This document shows positions 17,488 through 26,629 of a stretch of 34,574 bases of DNA, in pieces. How positions within the stretch are numbered: position 1 is the stretch's first letter; each line of letters starts with the position of its first letter. Position numbers and translations under genes: made by a program. Below the pieces are notes generated by a model. The model saw nothing but the letters and a program-made list of their open reading frames with translations, ran no database searches and had not been told where the DNA came from. The stretch comes from Candidatus Fervidifonticultor quintus (GTDB taxonomy: Bacteria; Sysuimicrobiota; Sysuimicrobiia; Sysuimicrobiales; Humicultoraceae). Location: positions 1 to 34,574 of the forward strand of contig JAVKIJ010000033.1 in the NCBI GenBank assembly GCA_031459535.1, given 5' to 3'.

Positions 17488-18318
17488 CTAGGCCTCCCGC
17501 CGGATCAGGCCCCAGCGCTCCACGGTCGCCCGCTCGACCGGGGCCAGAACACCCGCGTCCACGGCGTACCACAGGATCCCCAACACGATCATACCCAGGA
17601 TCATCTCGACCACGCTGCCGGCCCGGCGCGCGTCGAACATCATGAAGCCGATGCCGCTGGTGCCCACGATGATCTCCGCCGCGATCAGCGCCCGCCAGCC
17701 GTAGCCCAGCCCGTTGCGCAGGCCGGTGATGATGTTGGGTAGTGCGCCCGGCAACAGCACCTCCCCCAAAATGTGGGCCGGCCGCGCCCCCAGACTCTGC
17801 GCGGCGCGGACCATCTCGGACGGAATGGTCCGAACACCGAGGGCCGTGTTGAAGATGACCGGAAAGATCACGGTATAGACGATCACGAACGTCATGGTCG
17901 TGAGCGTGAAGCCGAACCAGATCAAGAGAATGGGCAGCCAGGCGATGTCGCCGATAGCCTGGAAGAAGATCACGATGGGCCAGAAGAACCGGTAGCTGGC
18001 TGCGTGCAGGCCGATCAGAAATCCAAAGGGAACGCCGATGGCGATGCCGGCGGCGGCGCCCACCGCCAGGCGCGTGACGCTGTCCTGCAGGTAGGTGGGC
18101 AGGACTCCCTTGTACACCAGGTCCACGAACGCGCGGGCGACGTCGGCGGGACCCGGGAAGAACGCGCGGGGGAAGATGCCGGCCTCCACGACCACGGCCC
18201 ACGCCGCGACGATGGGGACGAAGGGGCCGAGCGTTCGCGCCACCGGGGATGCTGCCAGCCCGCGGATCACCCGCCCGACTCCCATCGCGGCCGGGGAGGC
18301 GGCCGCCGGCGCGCTCAT
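17488..18318 (-). CDS. NitT/TauT-family ABC permease 2
   Basis: FPGP, IAWLP, MVRAAQSLGA, LPGALP, WRALIAAE. Start ATG 18318 overlaps the upstream stop (ATGA). Confidence 0.9.
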   Translation of the reverse strand: MSAPAAASPAAMGVGRVIRGLAASPVARTLGPFVPIVAAWAVVVEAGIFPRAFFPGPADVARAFVDLVYKGVLPTYLQDSVTRLAVGAAAGIAIGVPFGFLIGLHAASYRFFWPIVIFFQAIGDIAWLPILLIWFGFTLTTMTFVIVYTVIFPVIFNTALGVRTIPSEMVRAAQSLGARPAHILGEVLLPGALPNIITGLRNGLGYGWRALIAAEIIVGTSGIGFMMFDARRAGSVVEMILGMIVLGILWYAVDAGVLAPVERATVERWGLIRREA

Positions 18319-19142
18319 GTTGCCCTCCGGGTCAACCCCCACCGCTCGATGGTCGTGCGCTCGATGGGGGCCAGGATCAACCGGTCGATGGCCACCCAGA
18401 TGGCGCCGATCAGGATCATGCCGAGCACGATGACCTCGGTGCGGTAGAAGTCCCGGGCCAGGAAGACCATGTAGCCGAGCCCGGCGTTGGTGGCGATGAT
18501 CTCCGCGGCGATCAGGCCGCGCCAGGCAAAGCCCATACCGGTTCGGATCCCCGTCACGATGTTGGGCAGTGCGCCGGGCAGCAGTACCTCGGTCAACACC
18601 TGCCAGCGTCCCGCGCCCAGCGAGAGCGCCGCGTCCCGCAAGCCGCGGGGAATGCGGTTCACGCCGAGAATGGTGTTGTAGACCACCACGAAGAACACGG
18701 CGTTGAACACGATGAACGTGATGGCTCCGAAGCCGTACCCGAACCAGAGCGTCGCCAGCGGGATCCAGGCGATGCCTGCCAGTACGGAGAAGAAACGGAG
18801 GATGGGAGTGAAGAACGCCGAGACCGCCCGGTTCGTGCTGATGGCCACGCCCAGGGGAATGCTGGTCAGGATCGCCAGCGATCCGCCCACGAGCACACGC
18901 CGCATGCTCTCCCTGATATGGGTCCACAGCGCGCCCGAGGCGGCCTGCCCGACCAAGGCACGGGCCACATCGCCGGGCGCCGGAAAGACGCGCAGCGGCA
19001 CCCCATAGGTCCGCACGGCCAGGTGCCAGGCCAAGACCAGCACCAGGAAGGGGGCGGCGAACCACGCCGCCGCCCCCAGCACGCCCCCGGTGCGCCGCCA
19101 TCCCGGCGCTCCTGCGGGGGGGGTCACCGCTGCGGTGCGCAC
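18315..19142 (-). CDS. NitT/TauT-family ABC permease 1
   Basis: FPAP, IAWIP, LRDAALSLGA, LPGALP, WRGLIAAE. Confidence 0.9.
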   Translation of the reverse strand: MRTAAVTPPAGAPGWRRTGGVLGAAAWFAAPFLVLVLAWHLAVRTYGVPLRVFPAPGDVARALVGQAASGALWTHIRESMRRVLVGGSLAILTSIPLGVAISTNRAVSAFFTPILRFFSVLAGIAWIPLATLWFGYGFGAITFIVFNAVFFVVVYNTILGVNRIPRGLRDAALSLGAGRWQVLTEVLLPGALPNIVTGIRTGMGFAWRGLIAAEIIATNAGLGYMVFLARDFYRTEVIVLGMILIGAIWVAIDRLILAPIERTTIERWGLTRRAT

Positions 19143-19144
19143 GT

Positions 19145-20248
19145 CTACTTCGGCGGCGTGAAGACGAACCCCGGCCCGACCACCGCCGTGCGCGGAATCG
19201 GCGGCAGGTCCGAGAACAGGTCAGGGTGCTTCCTGATCACCTCGTTGATCGGCCCCGGCATGAACACCTTGTTCACGTCGAAGGTCCCGGGCAGGAATCC
19301 CAGGCGATGGAGTGTGACCACCGCGTTGTGGAGCGACAGATAGTTGAAGTAGGAGATACGAATGTCCAGGGTCGGCAGGTTGTTGCGCACGCCCCGCAGG
19401 GCCACCTCCGGCGTGCGCTGCAGACCCGGCAGCCAGCGCACGGCGATCTCAGCGGTCTTCACGTCGTTGGCCCGCATGAACTTGTCGGCCTCGGCCCGGG
19501 CGGCCAGGAAGCGCTCGATCGTGTCCTGGTTGCGCTCCGCCCAGGGCCGCAGGGCCACGTTGAACCCCATGAACCCGATGAACCCGCCGCCGCGCACGAC
19601 CTCATAGGCATTGGGCACCTCCTGCAGCGCGATGACCGGGAACGGATCCCAAGTGGCGAACGCGTCCACGGCGCCGCCCCGCAACGCGACCGGCATCTCC
19701 CCGGGAGGGGTGTTCACCAGGGTCACGTCGGTGGGCGTCAGGCCGGCCTTCTCGAGGATGCCCAGGATGTAGAGGTGGCTGATCGTGCCGAACGAAACCG
19801 CCACCCGCTTGCCGCGCAGGTCCCGGATCGTGCGGATCCCGCTCCCCTGCCGGGACACCAGCGCCATGGTGTTGTCGCCGCCAAGCTTCACCGCGCTGCC
19901 GCTGTAGTTTCCCAGAATGACCAGATCCATGCCGCGCAGGACCGCGCCGATCATCGGCACGCCCACCTGGCCCATCTGGATCTCACCAGCCTGGAGGGCG
20001 TTGAGCAGATCGACGCCGGTGGGATAGGGGGTCGCAATGGTCATGTCTAGGCCCCACTTCTCAAAGAACCCACGGTCGAGCGCCACCGGCACACCGAGCT
20101 GGTCAATGGCGCCCACGATCCCCACGCGTAGCTTCACCGCTGGGGGCGCAGCCCAGGCGCCAGGCGCCAGCGCCGCGAGCGCCAGCCCTAACACCATGGC
20201 CGCCGCCAGCCATGGGGCGGTCCCCTCTTTCGCCTTGATCTGTCTCAC
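19145..20248 (-). CDS. ABC substrate-binding protein, SsuA/NMT1-like family
   Basis: Signal peptide ending AWA; GFFEKWGL, DLRGKRVA..GTISH, WDPF. GGAGGGAG RBS. Confidence 0.85.
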   Translation of the reverse strand: MRQIKAKEGTAPWLAAAMVLGLALAALAPGAWAAPPAVKLRVGIVGAIDQLGVPVALDRGFFEKWGLDMTIATPYPTGVDLLNALQAGEIQMGQVGVPMIGAVLRGMDLVILGNYSGSAVKLGGDNTMALVSRQGSGIRTIRDLRGKRVAVSFGTISHLYILGILEKAGLTPTDVTLVNTPPGEMPVALRGGAVDAFATWDPFPVIALQEVPNAYEVVRGGGFIGFMGFNVALRPWAERNQDTIERFLAARAEADKFMRANDVKTAEIAVRWLPGLQRTPEVALRGVRNNLPTLDIRISYFNYLSLHNAVVTLHRLGFLPGTFDVNKVFMPGPINEVIRKHPDLFSDLPPIPRTAVVGPGFVFTPPK

Positions 20249-21255
20249 GTTGCTCCCTCCCTTCGAGTCTCGCTTCCGCTCCCATCTTGCACACTGGTGT
20301 ACGCGGCCTCATCACCGGACGCCTCACGGGCCATGAAGGCTTCGACCTCCGGCCGCCGGGGAATGGGCGCCACGGCGCCGAGGCCGGTGGTGACCAGGGC
20401 GCCCACGGCGTTGGCAAAGCGCGCGGCCTGCTCCAGCGGCGCACCCTCCAGCCACCGGATGAGGAACGCCGCGTTGAACGCGTCGCCAGCGCCGGTGGCG
20501 TCCACCGCGGCAACCCGCCAGCCCGGCACCGTGACCCGCAGGCCGTCGGCTGTCCCCACGAGGCACCCGAGCGGGCCCTGCCGCAGCACGACGATGCGCG
20601 GCCCCAGGCGGAGGATGCGGCTGACCACCTCCTCGCCCGCCGTCTCCCCGAACAGATGGCCAGCGTCTTCTGTGCTGAGGAACACCACGTCGGCCAGGGT
20701 GAAGGTGTCCAGGACCGTCCTGCGCAGGGCGTCTGGAGCCATCAACCTGGGCCGCACGTTGGCGTCGTAGCTGGTAGTGATGCGCCCCTCTCGCGCCAGG
20801 CGCAGGGCCACCAGCGCAGCTTCGCACGCTGAGGCGGAGATCGCCTGGGTGATGCCGCTGGTATGCACGATGCAGGCGCTGGCGAGATAGTCGCGGTCCA
20901 GATCCGACGGCCCAAGACGGCTGGCTGCGGAATGGGCGCGGTAGTAGGTGAAGCTGTGCCGGCCCTGCTCGTCCAGGGCGATGAAGTAGACGGCGGTGAA
21001 GCCCTCGGGCTCCACGATGACCTGCGAGGCGTCCACGCCCTCGCGCTGCCACAGGTCGAGGAAAGATCGGCCAAACTCGTCGCCTCCCAGGCGGGTGATG
21101 TAGCCGCTGGAGGCCCCCAGCCGGGCCGCGGCCACGACGAAATTGGAGGTGTCACCGCCCCAGCCGCGGCGAAAACCGGTCACCGTGGACAGCCGCCCGC
21201 GCTCGGTGGCTGCGAACTCGGCCATAGGCTCACCTACCGCCACGATATCAGGCAT
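20245..21255 (-). CDS. PfkB-family sugar kinase (2-keto-3-deoxygluconate kinase-like)
   Basis: GEPMAEF, GGDTSN, G.DEFG, SGITQAIS, D.NVRP.L, DATGAGDAF. Confidence 0.9.
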   Translation of the reverse strand: MPDIVAVGEPMAEFAATERGRLSTVTGFRRGWGGDTSNFVVAAARLGASSGYITRLGGDEFGRSFLDLWQREGVDASQVIVEPEGFTAVYFIALDEQGRHSFTYYRAHSAASRLGPSDLDRDYLASACIVHTSGITQAISASACEAALVALRLAREGRITTSYDANVRPRLMAPDALRRTVLDTFTLADVVFLSTEDAGHLFGETAGEEVVSRILRLGPRIVVLRQGPLGCLVGTADGLRVTVPGWRVAAVDATGAGDAFNAAFLIRWLEGAPLEQAARFANAVGALVTTGLGAVAPIPRRPEVEAFMAREASGDEAAYTSVQDGSGSETRREGAT

Positions 21256-21265
21256 GGGCCCTCGC

Positions 21266-21922
21266 TCAGATCCTCGAGAACTCGTCCAGTGCCCGCAGGA
21301 TGGACCCGGTCCGACGGATGGCTTCGGTCATGCGACGCTCGGTCTCTTCGATCTCGCGGGCCACCGCCAGCACCTCGGCCGCCTGCGCCCGGGGAACCAC
21401 CACGACCCCGTCGGCATCGCCCACCAGGAGATCGCCGGGATGCACCCGCACGCCGCCGCAGGTCACGGGCACGTCCCGGTCGACGGTGATGTACCGGCCC
21501 ACCGTGGTCGACGGGATGACCGACCGTGAGAAGACCGGAAATCCCAACTGCCGGATCTCCTCGACGTCCCGCACGCCGGCGTCGAGCACGGCGCCGCCGA
21601 GTCTCCGCGTCACCGCCGCCGTGGCCATGAGTCCACCCCAGCAGGCTACGTTGCGGCTGCCGGCGGGATCCTCCATGCCGATGACGATCACGTCGCCCGG
21701 TGCGGCAGCGTCAATAGCCGCCAGGGCGTGGGTGGGCGGCTGGGGCTCGAAGCCCTGACGCTCTAGCACCGTGACGGCCGGGCCCACCATCTTGGTGGGG
21801 GCGATGGGCTTGATCTCGTGGGACATGAAGCCGGGGCGCCGCACCACGCGGTCCACCGCATCTGCCACCGAGGCGGTGGTCACCCCCCGGAACCCCTCGA
21901 TGAGGTCGTGCAGTTCGGTCAT
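21266..21922 (-). CDS. RraA-family protein / HMG-CHA aldolase-like
   Basis: TASVADA, GPAVTV, ACWGGLM, DAGVRD, V.PGDLLVGDADGVVVVP. ATG 21922 overlaps the iclR stop. Confidence 0.88.
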   Translation of the reverse strand: MTELHDLIEGFRGVTTASVADAVDRVVRRPGFMSHEIKPIAPTKMVGPAVTVLERQGFEPQPPTHALAAIDAAAPGDVIVIGMEDPAGSRNVACWGGLMATAAVTRRLGGAVLDAGVRDVEEIRQLGFPVFSRSVIPSTTVGRYITVDRDVPVTCGGVRVHPGDLLVGDADGVVVVPRAQAAEVLAVAREIEETERRMTEAIRRTGSILRALDEFSRI

Positions 21923-22710
21923 GGGACCCTGGCCTCCTCCGAAACCCGCGCCTCGGTCCAACCCAATGCGCGGGAGATGTCGAGCGCCGCGCGACGCACC
22001 AGCGGCCCCAGTTCGCGGCGGGCGCGGTCGAGCGTGATGCTGCTCGCCGCCCCCGACAGGCTCACGGCGCCCGCCACCTGGGCACGATGGTCGAAGATGG
22101 GCGCGGCCACGCACCGAATGCCTTCCTCGTTCTCAATGTTGTCAATGGCGAAGCCTCGGGCCTGGATCCCGGCGAGTTCCTCGAAGAACCGCGCCGGATC
22201 GGTAATGGTGTTGGCCGTCCGGCGGGGCAGGCCGTGGTCGCGCAGGACGTGGCGCGCCACCGCAGGAGGCATGAAGGCCAGCATCGCCTTGCCCAGCGCC
22301 GTAGAGTGCGCGGGCATGATCTTGCCCACCGCCGACGCCATGCGCAGGGGACCCGACGATTCCACCTTGTCGATGTAGACGACCTGGCCCTGTTCCAGCA
22401 CCGCCAGGTGCACGGTCTCCCCGGTCTGGTCCCGCAGCGCGCGCAGGCGGCTGTGTCCCGCGGTGCGCAGTTCGATCTGCTCCAGCCGCTGCGCGGCCAG
22501 GGAGAGAATGCGCGGGCCCAGCACGTGACCCCCTTCCGCGGCCGCCACCAACCCGCAGGCGGCCAGCGTCTGCATCAAGCGGTACACGGTGGGGCGCGGC
22601 AGCCGGACCTGGGCGCTGAGCTCTCGAACCGCAAGCGGCCGGCCGGCGCGCCCGAGGGCCTCGAGCAGCGCGGCAACCCGCTCCACCGATTGGACCGATC
22701 TTCGTGCCAC
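21919..22710 (-). CDS. IclR-family transcriptional regulator
   Basis: VQSVER..LLE.L, HTH PRPTVYRLMQTL, TGETVHL, HSTALGKA, T..TIT, GIRCVAAPIF. Start likely GTG 22710 (track start 22767). Confidence 0.93.
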   Translation of the reverse strand: MARRSVQSVERVAALLEALGRAGRPLAVRELSAQVRLPRPTVYRLMQTLAACGLVAAAEGGHVLGPRILSLAAQRLEQIELRTAGHSRLRALRDQTGETVHLAVLEQGQVVYIDKVESSGPLRMASAVGKIMPAHSTALGKAMLAFMPPAVARHVLRDHGLPRRTANTITDPARFFEELAGIQARGFAIDNIENEEGIRCVAAPIFDHRAQVAGAVSLSGAASSITLDRARRELGPLVRRAALDISRALGWTEARVSEEARVP

Positions 22711-22734
22711 GGCGAGACCTGACGATCCGGCAGG

Positions 22735-22812
22735 GTTCTGTCCAGAATACGGACTCTTTGCCCTCATCGTGAGATTCGCTGCCAGCAGGGTAACTCCTGT
22801 CCGCCACAGAAC
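22735..22812. promoter_or_regulatory. Candidate IclR operators in the iclR/transketolase divergent region
   Basis: GTCCAGAATACGGAC (22740-22754, GTCC-N7-GGAC palindrome) and a related GTCCGCCACAGAAC (22799-22812). Confidence 0.45.
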
Positions 22813-22850
22813 CTAGCAGTACCCGCAACAGGTCGCTACTGGAGCCGTTC

Positions 22851-23693
22851 ATGAAAGGAGCCGCCGACATCCGCGCGCTGGAAGCCCGTGCCCGCCAGTC
22901 GCGCAAGACCATCCTCCAGATGATCACCAGGGCCGGATCCGGGCATCCGGGCGGGTCCCTGTCGGCTGTCGACATCATCACCGCCCTCTACTTCCACCAC
23001 ATGCGCCATGACCCGACCCATCCCGCCTGGCCCGACCGGGACCGTTTCGTCCTCAGCAAGGGGCACGCGTGCCCGGCCTGGTATGTCACGCTGGCGGCCG
23101 CCGGGTACTTTGACGCGCAGCATCTGTGGACGCTGAGGGAGATCAACAGCATCCTGCAGGGCCATCCCGACATGACCCGGACACCGGGCGTGGACATGTC
23201 CACCGGGTCGCTGGGCATGGGGTTCTCCGCGGCCATCGGCATGGCCCTGGCCGGCAAGCGCGACGGCCGGTCCTACCGGGTCTATGTCATGCTGGGAGAC
23301 GGGGAGTCGCAGGAGGGCGCCGTCTGGGAGGGAGCCCTGTTTGCGGCCCACTACGAGCTCGACAACTTGGTCGCGATCGTGGATCGCAACGGCCTCCAAC
23401 AGACCGGGCGCACAGAGGAACGCATCCGACTCGATCCGCTGGCGGACAAGTGGCGCGCCTTCAACTGGGACGTCCAGGAGATCGACGGGCACGACATGAC
23501 CGCCATCGTCGCGGCCCTGGAGCGTGCCGATGCCGCCGGCGGACGACCCCACGTCATTGTGGCTCGAACTACCAAAGGCAAGGGCGTCTCCTTCATCGAG
23601 GGTGTTGTGGGCTTTCACGGCAAGGCCCTCACGCCTGCCGAGCTGGAGCGGGCGCTGGCCGAACTCGACGGCGCCGCCGACGCGCGGCGGTAG
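22851..23693 (+). CDS. Split transketolase, N-terminal (ThDP-binding) subunit
   Basis: SGHPGGSLS, DRDRFVLSKGH, LQGHP, TGSLGMG, GDGESQEG...DRN, KGKGVSF. Confidence 0.93.
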   Translation: MKGAADIRALEARARQSRKTILQMITRAGSGHPGGSLSAVDIITALYFHHMRHDPTHPAWPDRDRFVLSKGHACPAWYVTLAAAGYFDAQHLWTLREINSILQGHPDMTRTPGVDMSTGSLGMGFSAAIGMALAGKRDGRSYRVYVMLGDGESQEGAVWEGALFAAHYELDNLVAIVDRNGLQQTGRTEERIRLDPLADKWRAFNWDVQEIDGHDMTAIVAALERADAAGGRPHVIVARTTKGKGVSFIEGVVGFHGKALTPAELERALAELDGAADARR

Positions 23694-23703
23694 GAAACCG
23701 GCC

Positions 23704-24666
23704 ATGCGGTTGACACAGACCACGGCATCGAAAGCTACCCGCGACGCCTACGGCGAGGCCCTGGTGGAGTTGGCGCGGGCGAATCCGCAGGTCGTGGCCC
23801 TGACCGGTGACCTGCGTGACTCGAACCGGCTGGAGGCCTTTGCAGCGGCGTATCCCGACCGCTTCTTCGAGTGCGGGATCGCCGAGCAGAACATGGCCGG
23901 CATCGCCGCGGGCCTGGCGACCTGTGGCAAGATCCCGTTCGTGAGTTCGTTTGCGGCCTTCTCACCCGGTCGCTGCTACGACCAGATCCGTGTGCTCATC
24001 GCGCAGCCCAGGCTGAATGTCAAGCTGGTGAGCACCCACGGCGGCATCACCGTGGGCGAAGATGGCATGAGCGCCCAGGCCGTCGAGGAGCTGGCCATGA
24101 TGCGGGCGCTGGCCCACATGACGGTCATCGTGCCGGCCGACGCCGTCGAGACGGTGCAGGCCGTGCACGCCGTCGCCGCCCTCGACGGTCCGGTCTACAT
24201 GCGGCTGGGGCGCCCGGCGGTGCCGGTGCTCTTCGACGAGACCTACCGCTTCACGATCGGGACGGCGCCGCTGTTGCGCCAGGGCACGGATGTCACCCTG
24301 GCCGCCTGCGGGATCATGGTGGCCGAGGCACTGGCCGCCGCAGAGGTCCTGGCCGGGGAAGGGATCGACGCCCGCGTCCTCAACTGCGCCACGCTCAAAC
24401 CGCTGGACGAGCCCGCCATTGTGGACGCCGCACGGGAGACCGGTGCGATCGTGACGGCCGAGGAACACTCGATCCTGGGAGGCCTGGGCGGCGCGGTGTG
24501 CGAGGTGGTGGCCGCCAGGCACCCGGTGCCGGTGGAACGGGTCGGCCTGCAGGACTGCTTCGGGGAGTCGGGTTCCCCCAGAGCCCTCATGGAGAAGTAC
24601 CGCCTCACCGCTGCCGAGATCGTCGCGGCGGCCCGCCGCGCGGTGGCCCGCAAGTCCCGCGGATAG
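23704..24666 (+). CDS. Split transketolase, C-terminal subunit
   Basis: TRDAYG, GIAEQNM, GEDG, GPVYMRLGR, KPLD, EEHS..GGLG. Confidence 0.93.
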   Translation: MRLTQTTASKATRDAYGEALVELARANPQVVALTGDLRDSNRLEAFAAAYPDRFFECGIAEQNMAGIAAGLATCGKIPFVSSFAAFSPGRCYDQIRVLIAQPRLNVKLVSTHGGITVGEDGMSAQAVEELAMMRALAHMTVIVPADAVETVQAVHAVAALDGPVYMRLGRPAVPVLFDETYRFTIGTAPLLRQGTDVTLAACGIMVAEALAAAEVLAGEGIDARVLNCATLKPLDEPAIVDAARETGAIVTAEEHSILGGLGGAVCEVVAARHPVPVERVGLQDCFGESGSPRALMEKYRLTAAEIVAAARRAVARKSRG

Positions 24667-24685
24667 ACTGGCTGCCTGGCGTCCG

Positions 24686-26629
24686 CTAGGACGCCGCACC
24701 GCTCCCGTCGCCTCCACCGGCACCTTCCATCGAGGCCGACGCCGCGGGCTTGGCAGGCGCAGGTCGTTGCACCGGACGGAGGGCTGGCGTCGGGATCTGT
24801 CCCCACTCCCTGCCCAGTCGCAGCCGCGCGGGGCGCACGAAGCTCGGCGGCGGGGTCCGTCCCAACGTCTCGCTCAGGGCCGCGAATGCCCACGTGGCTG
24901 CGGCCACGAAGAGGACCGGGAAGACGATCAGCCACCAGTCGCCTCGATGCAGCGCTTCCCGCGCGCGCCACAGCATGGTTCCCCAACTGGGCGTCGTCGG
25001 CGCCACGCTGAACCCCAGGAAGCCCAGCGTGGCCTCCAGCAGCACGAAACCTGGCACCAGTCCCGCAGCGGCAGCCACCAGCGGGCGCGCCAGATGGGGC
25101 AGCAGATGGCGCTCTCCAATCCACAGGGGCGACGCGCCCGCCGCACGGGCCGCCTCGACGAACGGCCAGCGCCACGCGTCCGCCTGCAGCGCGCGCATCT
25201 GCGCCGCGATGGACGCGTACCCGAGGGCGACAAATGTGGCGGCAATGACGGCTGGCGAGCGCCCGGCGGTGGCAATGATGGCGAGGGCGAGGCCGAGTGG
25301 CGGCATCGCCAGGACAGTGCGACCCAGGCCAACGGTGAACGCCGGCCAGGCCGGCCGTCCTCGGGTCGTGGCGGCCAGGACCACCGTGGAGGTCACCGAG
25401 ACTGCGGCGGCGAGGACGGCGATGCCCAGGGTCGTGCGGCTCGCGTGGAGCAGCCGGCTGAACAGGTCGCGGCCGGAAGAGTCGGTGCCCATCCAGTGCC
25501 GCCGTGAAGGTGCCATGTTGATCTCATCCAACAGCACCTGGTCGGGCGGAAAGCGGGCGACCAGCGGCGCAGCCACGGCTCCGATCACCAGCAGGGCGGC
25601 CACCGCCGTGGCGACGGAGAGCCGCCAGTCGGTCGCCGGCAGCGGTGAGGGGCGACCGACCGGGGCGGCGCCCGGCGCTGAGGCCGCATACGCCTCCGCG
25701 TCCAGGCCGATCCGTCCGACGAGCCGCCGGAGTAGGACCTCGCCGGCGACGGCGACGATCGCCAGGACCAGCAGAGTGGCCTGCATGACGGGGATATCCC
25801 GCTGGGTGACGGCGCGCGTGAAGCTGCGGCCGATCCCCGGCCAGTTGAAGATCTCCTCGATGAGGAGCAGCCCGGACAGCAACAGCGACAGCCACGGCAA
25901 CGGCCGGGCCAGCAGCCGCCGGGTCACCACGCGGGCGGCGTGACCCCAGACGACGCGCCCCGGAGCCAGACCCCGCGCCCGCGCGGAGACCGCAAATCGC
26001 GCCGACAGCGCCGCGGTCAGGTCCCTGCGCAACTGCACGGCCACCGCCGCCGCCAGCGGCAGGGCCAGGCTCGCGGTGGGTAGGACGAGCCCCAACCACA
26101 AGGCCGGATCGAGGGGGTTCAGCTCGAAGGGTGGCAGAATCGGGATCAGCGTCAGGCGCACGGCGAACACGTACACGAAGGCGGTGGCCACCAGAAAACC
26201 GGGCGCCATGAGACCCAGTGCGATCAGCCCGTCGCCGACTGCGCCCAGGATCCCTCCGCCGGCCGAGGCCACCGAGAGCCCCACCGCCAGCACCCAAGCC
26301 ACCACGGCCCCGGTCCCGGCCAGCAGCAGGGACCAGGGCACGCGCCGCCAGATCTCTGGGCCGACCTCGCGTCGGGTCGCCACGGATGCCCCGAAGTCCC
26401 CGCGAAGGGCCCGGCCCATCCAGCGAAGGTACTGCAGGGGGATCGGGTCGTCGAGGCCGTACCACTCGCGGAGCCGGGTGATCTGCCCGTCGCGCACGCC
26501 CTGCCGGAACCCGACCATGAAGCGCGCTGGGTCCATCGGCGCCAGGTGCATGAAGCCAAACGCCACGGTCGAGGCGCCCCAGACGGTCACCAGCGCGACG
26601 GCCAGCAGGCGGCGCACCGGACGGCTCAA
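24686..26629 (-). CDS. Fused OppB/DppB + OppC/DppC peptide/nickel-type ABC permease (orphan)
   Basis: N-half: P.DP, YGLDDP...QY..W, GDFG.S, E.IFNWPGIG, RDIPVMQ. C-half: HWMGTD..GRD.FSRL, FVEAARAAGA, EATLGFLG, PSWG.ML. TTG start overlaps the sufU stop. Confidence 0.85.
   Translation of the reverse strand: MSRPVRRLLAVALVTVWGASTVAFGFMHLAPMDPARFMVGFRQGVRDGQITRLREWYGLDDPIPLQYLRWMGRALRGDFGASVATRREVGPEIWRRVPWSLLLAGTGAVVAWVLAVGLSVASAGGGILGAVGDGLIALGLMAPGFLVATAFVYVFAVRLTLIPILPPFELNPLDPALWLGLVLPTASLALPLAAAVAVQLRRDLTAALSARFAVSARARGLAPGRVVWGHAARVVTRRLLARPLPWLSLLLSGLLLIEEIFNWPGIGRSFTRAVTQRDIPVMQATLLVLAIVAVAGEVLLRRLVGRIGLDAEAYAASAPGAAPVGRPSPLPATDWRLSVATAVAALLVIGAVAAPLVARFPPDQVLLDEINMAPSRRHWMGTDSSGRDLFSRLLHASRTTLGIAVLAAAVSVTSTVVLAATTRGRPAWPAFTVGLGRTVLAMPPLGLALAIIATAGRSPAVIAATFVALGYASIAAQMRALQADAWRWPFVEAARAAGASPLWIGERHLLPHLARPLVAAAAGLVPGFVLLEATLGFLGFSVAPTTPSWGTMLWRAREALHRGDWWLIVFPVLFVAAATWAFAALSETLGRTPPPSFVRPARLRLGREWGQIPTPALRPVQRPAPAKPAASASMEGAGGGDGSGAAS

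Noticed and set aside
7888-19101. Apparent fusions or long N-termini in track ORFs 7888-9558, 9766-11478, 13215-14447 and 17488-19101
   Set aside because: Each extension lies out of frame inside the upstream gene, and downstream starts with an RBS or stop/start overlap give normal-length proteins. No frameshift is needed.
6912-24666. Catabolic region as a mobile genomic island, or as a known sulfoglycolysis pathway
   Set aside because: I saw no integrase, transposase, tRNA or flanking direct repeats, and no obvious compositional shift by eye. There is no GH31 sulfoquinovosidase or SQ isomerase, so a known pathway name is not supported.
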